From Ylistrum balloti (taxonomy: Eukaryota), in NCBI RefSeq assembly GCF_031769215.1, contig NW_026782404.1, positions 186,001 through 250,000 on the forward strand: a stretch of DNA of 64,000 nt. Reading direction: 5' to 3'. Shown one piece after another: positions 37,150 to 49,425 of this stretch. Position 1 is the first letter of the stretch; each line of letters opens with the position of its first letter. The notes beneath the pieces are model-generated. The model made no database searches. It had not been told where the DNA came from and saw only the letters and a program-made list of their open reading frames with translations. The translations under genes were made by a program, and so were the position numbers.

Positions 37150-39184
37150 AGTATGTTAATGAGTAGATAGCGTAACTTGAGAGCTATTGTAATGAGGCAT
37201 ACTGTGAAATAAAATTTTCAGCTGTATGACACTAGTGTACTGAGTGTACTTAGAATGTATGACCTTTTTAAATGAGACTTAAAAATGTACTCCCTACTTG
37301 TTCTCTCTATACGTCTTATGTCATCTTTACTAAACATTTGCAAGAATGGGTGCTGTCATCAGAAGCTGTGTTGATAAAAAAGGCTACCGGCTTGATAGTC
37401 TGAAATCTTGTAATGGTTGATTGTCTGATACTGGTTAGAGATGGGCATTCTGCCAAAAAGTGCTGACGTGTCTCTGGAGCTGTCCTACAAAGCTTACACG
37501 TAGGGTCGACTTCATATTGGTTGAATTTGGCCCTGTTGCTCCAAAGTGTATAAGTTCCCAGTAAGAGTTTTGCCTTTACTTCTGCTCTTTGGATATCGTA
37601 TGAGCTACTTGAGATGTCATCGTATAAATGATGGACTCTTCCGACCTTGAGTGTTTCAGCATTGACATATTTTAGTGAAGGTTTCGTCTTTCTGTGTTCT
37701 GTCCATTCTTCTTCTACTTTGTTATTTATGGCGGTGTTTATCATCTTTTTCCAAACAGTTTTTGGTGGTAACTCTTTCAACAAGTCAAAGGCAGTTGGTA
37801 AATCATACTTAAGTAGTATTCTTCTGACAGATGCGAAGAAGCTGGAGGAACTTAACTTCTGTAGAGCTAGCTGTCGTGTGGCGATCTCGTATTCAGTACT
37901 GTCCTTTCTGTGTGCTATGTTGTAGAATAGGTTAAGAGTATTCTTGTGTATTACTGATTCGAGGGTCGGGATTCCTAGAAGTGCTAGGGCTATCGAGCTT
38001 GGCGTTCTATATGGAAGGTGTTGGATCTGTCTAAGAGTTTTTCTTTGAAATACTTCTAGAGTGTTGATATCTTAAGATGCCAGGTGGTGGATCTCTAAGC
38101 CATATAGAAGTCTTGGGGTTACATAGGTATTCCAAAGGTTAGCCTTAATTTCCTGTGTAACTCCACTTTTCCCATGGAAACCAGCACCCATTAACGAATA
38201 GGCAGTTCGTCGTCCTAACTGTATCCTTTTTGTTGTGTCCGGGCGGATGTTGATATTGTTCCTGATTATCCCAAGATGTTAATTTTCTTCAGCTATCTCT
38301 ATCTCCTTATTGTATATCTTGAGTTTAACATCTGATTGTTGTACATTGTAGAGCAGTACCTTGTTTTTTGTGGGGTTGATGTTGTATATTGAGCGTTTCG
38401 TGAATACTTCTACGTAGTCTAGCATACTCTACATCGCAGCTTCACTATGTGTCAGGAGGGCAGTGTCATCGGCACTGGTTGTGTGGGGGATGTGTATGGA
38501 TCCTATAGTGGCACCGTTGAATTTCTCAAGATCCATTAGTAGGGTGTTGTTGTACCTCTTGTAGTGTGACGTAGAGACTATCCCGCCCTGTCTAACTCCC
38601 TGTAATATTGGGAAGCTGTCTGATACTTCTCCCTGCCACTTTATTCTGGTAGTTGCTCCACTGTACATGTCTTTGACAATGTTCCAGATTGGAGATTCCA
38701 TCTAAGTAGAGTTGAATTACGTGGTCTACACGTCAAAAGCCTTCTGTACGTCTAGCGTTACAAAGTATAATGGCTTCTTATCCTGGCTGCTTCAGTGATA
38801 CATTCGGACATCATAAGTGCTGAGTTCAGAGAGGAAATTCCTTTGGTGAAACCTGCTTGTAATCGGGAAATGTGTCTTATCCAGAATAGTGGAGTGTCGG
38901 TTCTGTAGAATGTGTTCAATGATCTTCAGAAGGATAGGGGTTATAGTGATTCCTCTGAAGTTTGAAGGTAGCTGTATGTCGCCTTTCTTAAATACAGGTG
39001 TAAGTTGCCTTTCTTTTAAAGAGTTCGGGATTTTCTTCCTGGCAAAAATTCCAGCAATGATGTTCTTTAGACTGTTTAGAATGACATTTTCCCCAAACTT
39101 GATGTGTTCAGCAGTGATACCTTTGATGTCTGCAGCTTTGTTGTTGTTTAACTTTCTTATGGCTTGTAGTAGTTCACCATCTGT
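37150..39184 (-). mobile_element. Decayed non-LTR retrotransposon ORF2 (RT plus C-terminal Zn knuckle), RTEX/Proto2-like
   Basis: KAADIKGITAEHIK, QGVRQGGIVSTSHYKRY, HTTSADDTALL and CKLCRTAPETRQHFLAECPSL, with stops and frameshifts. The endonuclease region is absent. Clade assignment is tentative. Confidence 0.85.
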
Positions 39185-40329
39185 GGGTCTGCGTTTGGAG
39201 GTTGCTTCACTCCTCGGCGTGGAGTTTTGCCCTCCTCCCTCGGCTTCGGGTCTTCCAGAGAGGACTTCTACTTTAAGTGCCTTTCTTCCCTCAGACCCTG
39301 AGGTTAGGGCATCAGGTAGGTCATTGGCGGAGGGTACTATGGTTTCCTCAGCATTGGCTCAGATTCAGAAGGTTCTTCAAGCCAAATGTTCTGCTAATAG
39401 GAAGCAGGATCTTTCCGGTTTGCTTTTAGGGGTGAATGATATTGAGGGGTTCAGTCCTTCTCGATATGCAGTTCACGACCCCTCAATAGAATCTAATCCA
39501 GCCAAGGTGGACCTCCTTTTGGACCACTGCTGGCCTGGAAGATCAAATGACATGATTCATTTGTCTCCCAAAGAGCATAGTCGGATGGAAAGACTGCTTC
39601 GCCTTGCCATTCACGTGCTGGCTTATGCAGATTCTTTTTCCTCTGCTTTGTTTGTAGCTTCTTCTCGTTCGGAGGAGAGTCTATCTGACAGCAAGGCTAT
39701 GAACCGGGCCCACATGGATGGGACTGCGCTCATTCTGGCCGTTTTGACGGATTTCATCCTGGCTTGTCTTGCTTCAGTCTTGAAGCCAAGACTAGCTATT
39801 GGAGAGCCTTTTATATCGGATCTCATGACTGCTCCCCTGTCAGGCTCTGAAATGCTCGGAGGGGTTCTCTCCTCTGTCATGGACAGAGTCAACAATGACA
39901 AGTCGGCTTCAGCTCGGTTGGAGAAACTTAGGCTAAGCCTAAGCCTGGACGGGTGCAGCGCCCAGGCAAACCTAAGAAGGGCCCTAAGACGGCTCAGCAT
40001 CAGGCTCAGTCGTCTGTTACCTCGACTTCTCGAGGGGGGCACTCTTCTCGGGGATGGGGTGGTCGGGGTCACAAGGGAGGAAGGGGGAGGCAAGCAGAAT
40101 GCAGGTAAGAAGGGGCAGAGTTCCTGACTCTTTCAGTCCCTCGGTTCCTCCCTGCCCCTTGCCCTGTCGTATAGACGATCCAAGGGGAAGGTCTCCAGCT
40201 CCCAAGGCCAGATATTCCCGTTGGGGGTCGCCTTTCTCATTTTCTGCCGGATTGGCAGCAGCTTACCGAGGACAAGTGGGCAATTTCGGTGGTGTCCGAG
40301 GGTCTGGGTATCCCTCTTCTAAAGGATCC

Positions 40330-41984
40330 CCTCTATAGGGCAACCTCTATAGACCTCAAGGACGCTTATTTCCACATTCTGATAAAGAAATCGGCCAGGA
40401 AAATCCCTCAGATTTACATCTCAGGGCAGAGTGTTCCAGTTCAGGGCCATGCCCTTTGGTCTTACCATGGCCCCCTTGGTTTTTACCAAGCTGCTTCAGG
40501 TGGTTGTGGGCTATTTACACAGTCGCGGAGTAGATATCCATATTTATTTCGACGACTCCTTGATGCTGCATCTAGATCCAGAGTCTCTGAGTCGCAGCAC
40601 CAGGTCAGTCTTGACTACCCTTCTTCGCCTGGGCTTTATCCCTTCTCGAAAGAAATCCGAGGTTTTTCCCTCACAGGACTTTGTGTTCCTGGGAAACCGT
40701 TTCCTTACGGATATCGACTTCGTTGTTCCACCTCAGTCCAAGTTCCAGAAGGCCAAGGAATTGGTTCTTCTGCTCAACAGTTTGGACTCTATTCAGGTCA
40801 GGTGGTTTCTGAGGCTTCTCGGATTTCTCAACTCCCTTTCGGATGTTATCCCTCTGGGTCGGCTCCATCGACCTCTTCAGATGTACCTACTGTCCAAATG
40901 GAAACCGGCCTCTCATCAGTGGGATGTTCACATTTCCTTGGACAATTCAGTGAAGGCGTCGGCAATGTGGTGGGCCTTGGAGAGCAATGTCCTGAGGGGC
41001 GTCTCTCTTCGGAGATCACCCCCTACAGCTACCCTGTATACGGACGCATCTATGATGGGTTGGGGGGCCTACCTCGACGGTCATTGTCGTTCGGGTGTCT
41101 GGCAGGGAGATCAACTCCAGGAGCATATCAATGTGCTGGAGATGAGGGCAGTTCTGCTGGCTATTCAGTCTCTGCGTCTGTTGCTTCAGGATCAGTCCAT
41201 CTGTCTGGCTACAGACAATGCCACAGTAGTAGCTAATCTGGAGAATCAGGGATGGACAAGGTCTCACAAACTTTGTGCTCTCGCTTGTCAGGTCCTGCTC
41301 CTGTGTCATTCCATGGGGCTTTCCCTAACAGTGAGACATCTTCCAGGTCATCTCAATGTGTTAGCAGACACCCTCTCCAGGTCTTGGAGTCCAATTATCA
41401 CAGAATGGACTTTGAACAGGTCAATTTTCAGAGCCATTTGTATGGTGTGGGAGACTCCCCTAGTCGATCTGTTTGCCACAGCTCTGAATTTCCAAATTCA
41501 GACGTTTGTGTCTCCTGTCCCAGATCCTATGGCATGGGCAGTAGATGCTCTGTCCCTAAGCTGGGACGGTCTCCTAGCCTATGCTTTGCCTCCCTTCAAT
41601 CTGTTGGGCAGGGTGCTGCAGAAGGTCATGGAGCACGACTGCTCAGTTCTTCTGATAGCACCTCTGTGGCCCAGACAGCCCTGGTTTCCTGCTCTTCTGG
41701 ACTTATTGATAGATCTTCCATTGGCTATCCCTCCCAAATGGAATCTTCTCAGTCAACCCAAATCCAGACAGTTCTATCAGAACCCAGAGCGCCTGCACCT
41801 TCACGCGTGGAGGCTATCTCGGTCTCCCTCCTCCAGACAGGCTTTTCTCAAGAGGTTACAGATGGCATCACCAGATCAATACGATCTTCCTCATCTGCCG
41901 TCTACCAATCCAGATGGTCAGCCTTCTGTGATTGGTGTCACAGCAGGAAGATTGATCCACTCTGTGCCTCTATTCAATCGATAG
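40330..41984 (+). pseudogene. DIRS reverse transcriptase / RNase H / DNA N6-adenine methyltransferase-like ORF (N-terminus deleted, frameshifted)
   Basis: SIDLKDAYFHI, FQFRAMPFGL, IYFDDSL, LYTDASMMGWG, HINVLEMRAV, TDNATVV, LPGHLNVLADTLSR and VDLFAT...VDAL..SW...YALPPF. Confidence 0.9.
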
Positions 41985-42822
41985 CTGAGTTTTTCCTTTA
42001 TCTTTTTAAGGTTAAGAAATTAACTCCAGGCACTATACGTGGCTATCGTTCTGCCATTGCCAATGTTTTTTCTTACCGTGGTCGTTCAGATATCTGAATT
42101 TGTTCCTCCTTGTCCAATCTTCTCAGATCCTTCTCTTTGGAGAAGCCTCGGGTTAGACTGCTGATGCCACAGTGAGATTTGGTTTTGGTCTTAGATTCTC
42201 TTACTAAGCCTCCTTATGAGCCCTTGGGTTCTGCTCCTTCCAAGTTTCTCTCTTGGAAGACCGTTTTTTTGATAGCGTTGGCTTCTGGGAGACGGAGAAG
42301 TGAAATCCATGTTCTATCCTCTTCTCCTTCTTGTCTCACGTGGTCTCGGGACTATTCCTCAGTTACCGTTCTTACTGACCCTTCTTTTTTGGCAAAGAAT
42401 CAGGTTCCTAATTTTTCACCAGAGCCTATCAAGATTCCTGCCTTAAAGGAGGTCTCTGGTGCTGAGAATCAGAATTTGTTGCTCTTGTAGGGCTTTGAGG
42501 TTTTATCTCGATAAAACCAAGAAGGGGGGGGGAGTCTAGATCCCGTCTGTTCTTGCCCATTAAATCAAGGCAGACTGATATCTCTGCTCAGACTATTTCC
42601 AGGTGGATTTGTGACACCATCAGGACTGCTTATGAGGGGTCTAGTGCTGACACTTCTGACAAGGTTAGAGTGAGGGCACATGAGGTTAGAGCTCTTTCAG
42701 CAGGCCGTAACACCTTTGCTGATTTTTACCTTCGGTCGCTTCCCTCCCATGCAGATGGGTTGTACTCTCTGGGTCCTCTTGTCACTGCTCAGACAGTCAC
42801 ATGTCCCCCAGTCAATTCTTAG
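41900..42822 (+). pseudogene. DIRS tyrosine recombinase ORF with in-frame stops
   Basis: YQSRWSAFCDWC, TIRGYRSAI, FLIALASGRRRSEIHVL, RAHEVRALS and FADFYL; premature stops at ~42095 and ~42173. Confidence 0.88.
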
Positions 42823-42957
42823 GAAGGCTACCTTGCGGCTCAAAAGGATTTTTAGAGTTTTAATTGTAAATATCCTTTACCCTTATGGGTTTTTTTATGC
42901 TGTTTTTTGCTACGATTAGTGATTGTTTGCGAAGACTCCTCTACGGTAAGACAAATT

Positions 42958-43284
42958 CGCTATTGTCTATATGGTGGTGAGGTATTATTGAAATAAACTT
43001 GAGGTTTTTGTAGTAAAACCAATGTTTATGATATAATACTCACCACCATATATTGGAGGTCCCTCCCTCCTCCCCTTGTCTTCTCATCCAATTTGTTGGG
43101 GTGCGGAAGTGAGGTTTCGGGTCATGCGCGGTGCGTTCGTACCAAGCATTAAGGGTCCTCTCACTGGATATTTATTTTCTTTTTGTTATGTAAATTATGG
43201 GCTGTCGGTGGGAATACGCTATTGTCTATATGGTGGTGAGTATTATATCATAAACATTGGTTTTACTACAAAAACCTCAAATTT
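42958..43284 (+). repeat. DIRS internal complementary region and right terminal repeat
   Basis: Perfect 54-bp inverted repeat (42999-43052 vs 43227-43280) and perfect 24-bp direct repeat cgctattgtctatatggtggtgag (42958-42981 vs 43217-43240). Confidence 0.93.
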
Positions 43285-43470
43285 GTAGTGGTTCCATCGC
43301 TTACAGGTGTCACACTGTATGCCCTCATCGGTAAAGTTGTCATAGTGATGACATGTCTCGATATCTAGATCTTGCTCACTGCTCCTTGTGGCATTACCGG
43401 GATTGTACTCGACAGCTAGAACATCTGCATCGATGATGGAATTGCCAGATAATTCATCTAAACGAGTCAT
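43285..43470 (-). mobile_element. Degenerate PHD-finger N-terminal fragment interrupted by the DIRS end; probably ORF1 of the LINE
   Basis: TCHHY...GIQCDTCKRWNHYK has C4HC3-like spacing and is cut exactly at the DIRS terminal TTT. It lies on the same strand as the RT remnant at 37150-39184. Confidence 0.5.
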
Positions 43471-43664
43471 ATCTGCTATGCTCTTTTCCAGGCATCTGGA
43501 AAATCCTGCTTCTACCCCATCCCGATCTACACCTTTCCCAAGTCGTATTGAAGCTTAAGCGTTTCAACAACATTGAGTACGAGTCAACAATGTCGCCGTG
43601 AAAAGAAAAGTAGTAGAATTTCGCGATAGTCTTTCTTATATTCATTTTGAAGCACACACTCAGT

Positions 43665-46600
43665 ATGGAAGACACAGCGTTAGCTTATTTTGCATCTGTT
43701 AACCCACTATCCAAAAAAATCGTCCACGAGACACGATTGGCGAAGAATATTTTGAATGAAGAATGGGGAGGATTGAATTGGAAGAAACAGGAAGAGGCAC
43801 TTGACGATTTTTTCGTTGACCGAAATGTCCGAGAAAAATATATTTCCGATGCAAAAGACAATACTTATGCCGTATCTTTCCCGAAATTACACATCCAGTC
43901 AGGAGAAAAAATAATCGTGGACATGGACAGTGACGTGAGTATAAGATTTGTTCCGTAAATAGCATATACAGATACAACAAAAATGGGCGTGTCAAATTGC
44001 AATACATACCCAGTTGCATTTGGTTATATGATTTGTGTTGAACAAATGTGTATATAAGAGAGCCATAGCTTAAATATGCAATGGTTTACTTAGTTCATCG
44101 ACGCGAATTGAATTTTTAAAAAAATAGCCAACAAGATTGTGCAAAGTTATGTGGTTAAATCCCTCAAACAGTTGAAAGTTGCTACATATATCGCAATAAT
44201 GAAAATGATATTGCATTATATTGTCACTAGATAAATTGAAATATTGTGATATAATGACCACTGATATGTTGTTGCACACTGCTAAATTTACTTGACTGAG
44301 TTTCATGACGAATATATAGATCACTACTATTACCAGTAACATTTAATTTCATTAAATATTTAACGTCAACATCATATATTACGTAGTAACGGACTATTAA
44401 TATATAATCAAAGTGGGCTTTGGGATGTAGCAGCCATGCAGGTCTTTTTCATTTATTTCTCAGGAACCAGAAACTTGCTATATCCCTGAAGCCAATACCT
44501 AAAACCATTCTATTAAAGGATATGTATTTCTATGTGGAATTTTAGGCATGTTGTACAACTAGACTTTTTATCATTTCACTGTTTCAGTTTGAAGGTATAT
44601 ATACAAATAATACAATGTGCTTTTTCATCCCTGCCCAACAAAGCTGGCGGGGGATATTTAAATGGGTTCTATCCATCTTTCTGTCCTTCTGGATGCTGCT
44701 TTCCGTATATTTTTTGAAATACTGGTATGATTTTGATGAAACTTGGTTGGTGTACTAATTACCTTAATCCCTTGTCCATGTTTGATTAACAGGAAATTCT
44801 GCACATATTTAATGAGGCTTGTGTGACCTGATTGGCTGATGTCTTTTATCACTCTATGGAAAATCTTTCTTCACATTATCTTATGAAGGAATGAAAAGAT
44901 TTTTAGGAAATTTGCTTTTAAGACTTATTACCTTAATTCCTTGGTCAGGTTCGATTATTGACAAATTCTATTCATATTTTATGCACTGCCATGACCTCAT
45001 TGGCTGATATCTTTTGGCACTCTAACTGAATGCTTTCTTCATGTTATCTTTTGAAGGAACGAATGAAATATGATGAGACTTGCTTAGTAGACTTGTTAGC
45101 TTAACCCCTTGTTCAAGTTTGATTATCGGCAAATTCTATGCATATTTAATTAGGCTGCTGTGACCTGAACGGCTGATATCTTTTCCAGTTTTCGTCGTTG
45201 CTCAATTCAATCATATATATTTTACAATTGAACATGGGCAGGGGATCTTGATGACTCTGTCCTTGTTACATATTGCAGATATGGTCGTGGCAAGATGTTC
45301 ATTCCGCTCCCTTTTCATGGCGCTCAAAGGTATGTGCTGGTAACTGTAAATAGTACAGCGGTATATATTTGAAATTTTTGAGTTTTAATTACTAATTATG
45401 TTAAAACTATACAATTTTGTCAGAAGTGTAACTCAAACATATATACTTTTGACATACAGATTTGAAGTAACTGTATATTAAAGTTATATCAAAGTTGTAT
45501 GTGAAAAGTTTGTATAGTAATACTTAGTTATACAGTTGAAGTATTATAATTGGGTGTATATATAAGCAAAATATACTTAACTCTGTGATAAGTATAGTTC
45601 TAAATTAAAAGTACATTTCTGGATAGGTGCAATGAACATTTTAAACATAAGACTTTTGAAATATTGTGATACATGCAAATTGAAACACCCAACTGCTTCT
45701 GCTGTTGACAGAACCATAGTTAGAATGGTGGAGGTGCAATGAACATTTTAAACATAAGACTTTTGAAATATTGTGATACATGCAAATTGAAACACCCAAC
45801 TGCTTCTGCTGTTGACAGAACCATAGTTAGAATGGTGGAGGTTTCGATAGTGTAATCCATATTTACATAGGCCAGTCACTTCACATATCAGAAATATAGT
45901 CTCCTTCTTCTTCTCTTTGTCTCTAGGTATCATTGACCTCATCCTTGATACTCCAGAGTTTACAATCACTTTTGCTTTCTGCATCCTTTGAACATTTCAC
46001 GGTGAAATTGAAGGTACAAGCAATTAATTTGATTGATCTAGTGCAGGTTTCAGGTGGAAAAAAGTGCAAGCTCAAAGCCAGTACTACGTATCATTATGCG
46101 AACTTGTGATTCGTTTATATACATCAAAGTATCAAACAAGTCTTCTTGTATCATACACAAAGTGTCAAATGTAGAGCTTTCAATTTTGCATTGAAGTGTT
46201 CCAAGGGTGCAGAGCTCAAGCGTGAAATTGGTTGTAACCCATGGAGTATCGAGGATGCATTGACTATCAGCACTATCAATGCCTGAAAGTGATAGTTTTA
46301 ACTCTGTATATGCAGAGTATACTACTACAACTGGTATATGGGTATATACTTCCAGAGTCAACAAGACCTTAATCTCCTAGATTTGGACCCAGAAAAGCTT
46401 TCTAAACCTCAGCCTTCTAAAGGGGCTGGCAAGTCCAAGACAGGACAAGAAAATGATGAACGACCAACAGCCTCACAAGAATTTGTTTACAACTCCAACC
46501 CCAGTATATGGGAAACTGACAAGTACAAAAATTGGAAATCTGATCCAAATAATTTTATTTTGCCAGAGACCAATGAAAGCTATGGTATTGGTCATGGTAA

Positions 46601-47466
46601 TACAAGGGATAGCTGTGTCTCTGATGTTTCACAGCCATCTGTTATTGAAAGCAAACATACAGAGGACAATGAGGAAGAAATCTCACAAATAGCACCCCAA
46701 CCAGCTAAAAGACTTCCAAAAAAAGCTTCATCCAAGTCTCCTGTTGCTAGCAGGCTGAAATTGTCTTCGTCATTCTCAAAACGTCGTCAAGAAGAAGAAC
46801 AAGAACTTATGACAGATGAAATGTCCAAAAAAGACTTCCCCAAGGCACACAAAGACATAGAAAGTAATGTCTTTGATAACCCTATGATGAATATCCGAGA
46901 ACAGAATTTAATGGATGAGGAGACAGAGAGCATTAGTAGTACAACCTCATCACCATCAAGGAAACCATTGTTAAAGGAGCCAAGGGTGCAGATGATGGAG
47001 CGGGAAGAACAGATGGACTTGTTTGATGGAGCCAAGAGGACCCTGGACCTAACTGATGATCAGGCAGGACTACTCACTGAATCACATGGCTCTGTTCTGT
47101 CTGGGTCAGACATGGTTGTCTTACGAGATTCAGAGGTGAGAATCATTTAATACATCATGTATTACATCCAATACTTTGGTAACTTATCGGTTATATTAAT
47201 ACCTGGTGAACCATGTAGATGTGCTGTCATATCATATCCTGCTGTTACTACATACTATTAATGAATTGTTCAATAGGAATTAAGAATTAAAAACTAGTTT
47301 TCATAATTTTGTATGTGTAGTTTAACAAGATTTATCAATGAAATTGTTTTTTTTCCTCGTTGATATAATAAGTTTTCTTCATGTTCCTTTCCAATAGGTG
47401 TCTGCAGAGGAGAGACCAAACTCATCTGTTCCCACCACTGGATTCACATTTCTTGACAACTGGTAG
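43665..47466 (+). CDS. C1orf198: C1orf198 homolog (DUF4706 family), ~389 aa, 4 coding exons
   Basis: Phase-0 exons 43665-43934, 45279-45329, 46356-47135 and 47398-47466. Matches to remembered C1orf198 signatures: YFASVNPLSKKI, FPKLHIQSGEKII, WQDVHSAPFSWRSKSQ and the C-terminal TTGFTFLDNW*. Confidence 0.9.
44620..45268 (+). mobile_element. HINE/DINE-like Helentron-derived element with three ~168-bp internal repeats
   Basis: 5' subTIR atccctgccc (44627-44636) with a partial inverted copy ggcgggggat (44646-44655), a tccatctttctgtcc microsatellite-like stretch, repeat cores (gacct...ggctgat at 44825, 44993 and 45162), 3' subTIR gggcaggggat (45236-45246) and end cttgtt. Confidence 0.75.
45625..45841 (+). 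repeat. 107-bp perfect tandem duplication in C1orf198 intron 2
   Basis: aggtgcaatgaacattttaaacataagac...ttagaatggtgg occurs at 45625 and 45732. Confidence 0.9.
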
Positions 47467-49425
47467 TGATGACAATAAAGCATGACATCTCACCACTGGG
47501 ACCATCAACTGATAATTATACACTTAAACATTTGACAGATCTGGATTATATTTGTGCTGCTGATGATGTTTTTTCAGGCTTAATATATTACAGTGTACCT
47601 ATAACCACACTTAAGCAATGGATTGCAGACACATGGACATAACAAAAGAATAAGATTGCAGTATTTCTTGGTATAACTTTCTATTTGCCTTATTTTGTAG
47701 GTCATAAGCTGAGAAAAACTTGCTCAATTTTTAGCATTGTCCTATTAGGGTTATACTGTAAGGTTGTCACTACCATACCATTTCACATCCTTATGTTGAG
47801 ATGGTGATTTTTATGTTTTTGAATATTAACATAAAACATATGTATAATAAATATAGAAATATAACAACTTGTAAAGTGCTTTTGCACAGGAAGTGTTATT
47901 TTATTTTTTCATAATTGAAATGTTAAGACTAGTATAAATGTATTGGTTTTATTTAAAAGATCTGACTATATTTTGCATTCTGAAATTTATTTCGTTAACT
48001 TAAATGATCATTTGTAAGGCAAAATACATGTTTCTCTGTTGAAAGTTTGTAATCATGTGTAAAGTAATTGTGTGTAAAAAGTTTAAAACTTTTTGTAAAA
48101 AAAAAATCTACTAAAACTTGTGGAAGTATCCTGTTGTCAGAGTAGCACTCTAACTATTCAAACATGTTTGTAATGTCATGTGTATGTACTTACTTAATTG
48201 ATTGGAAGTAAGGTCTTTTTTTTAAAATATTAGGTTATGAAGCTTTAAAAAATTTGTGAAATAACCAATGCTTTAATGAAAAGTGTCCAATACTGTAAGC
48301 CTTTATCTACATGTTGTTTGTAGGGAGTATTCACCACACATTAAATATATCTCATAGATGGATGCATGCACAAATAACAATGTGTCAGGCTTTTTTGTAA
48401 TTTTTGAAATTGTCCAAGTTAAAACATGGGAAGTTAATATACATGTAGTAATTTTCATGTTAATTTATAGGCTAACTAAAAAGGGTCATTTTAATTTTTG
48501 GCGAGCAGAAGGTCATATTGCTCTCTGTCAATGTATTTAATCTAGTGTATTTTCAGCTGATTGCCTTACCTTAATGATTTTAACATAAGGAGAGGTCTGC
48601 ACCACAATGACAGAAATAAGTATTTGAAAATCGATAGATGTACAAAAGTTAACAGGTATCACAGACCTGAGTACAAATTTTTCCAGAAATGAAATACGTT
48701 ATTTGCATTATTTTCCCGGTTTCTTCCAGCATTTGGTGGATGGGGGCAAAGCTTGCATGTATCAGTACAGGTCTTTCTAAGCTTAATAATTTCTTTCTAT
48801 TGTGAGAATCAAAACCATAACTATGATTCATAAATGCTGTACCATTATTAATAACAGAGAAGGGAAGAATTCTTCCATTATGAACATGAAATCAGTTTAA
48901 ATACTTTTAACAACAGAGACACTGCAGTGTGGGAGAAACTCATTTTATATACATGGTGAAGAATATTACACTTAAAGATTTGTAAATTTCTTTTGATATA
49001 CATAGAGACATTCTATATCAATTTATATATATGCTAGAACTATTACTCCTGTAGTTTTTAATACCATTTAAACTATGTTTACATTTTGTAAAAGCATTCT
49101 CAATGTTGTGAATACATATTTCTATGTGCAAGTGCAATAAATATACATATTTATTATTCAATAAATATATAAGCTTTCTCTAGTTTGTGAATTTTTGTTG
49201 ATGCCATCTCATAATTCAGTTACAGAAGAGTTTTAAAATCTTTCAGATTGAATCAAGCAATCATTAACAAATTTTTGCAATATATTGTGACGGAATTATG
49301 AACAGGTGAAAATAACGCCTGAAAGGCAACACCTACCAGCTGAGAAAATGTTTAGAGAAACATTCGGCCTGTATTTTCATCCTGGATGTATGTAATCTAT
49401 CAGCCATTTTAAAAAGTCACATATA

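Larger units (their letters stand above)
39185..43284 (+). mobile_element. DIRS1-like tyrosine-recombinase retrotransposon, 5'-truncated and decayed
   Basis: Gag-like remnant (~39185-40127), RT-RNaseH-methyltransferase, overlapping YR ORF, internal complementary region and right ITR ending at ...aaaaacctcaaattt (43284). Confidence 0.92.

Noticed and set aside
38889-40127. 412-aa ORF as one gene
   Set aside because: It is a chimera: the first ~98 codons are antisense LINE RT sequence and only the rest is DIRS gag remnant.
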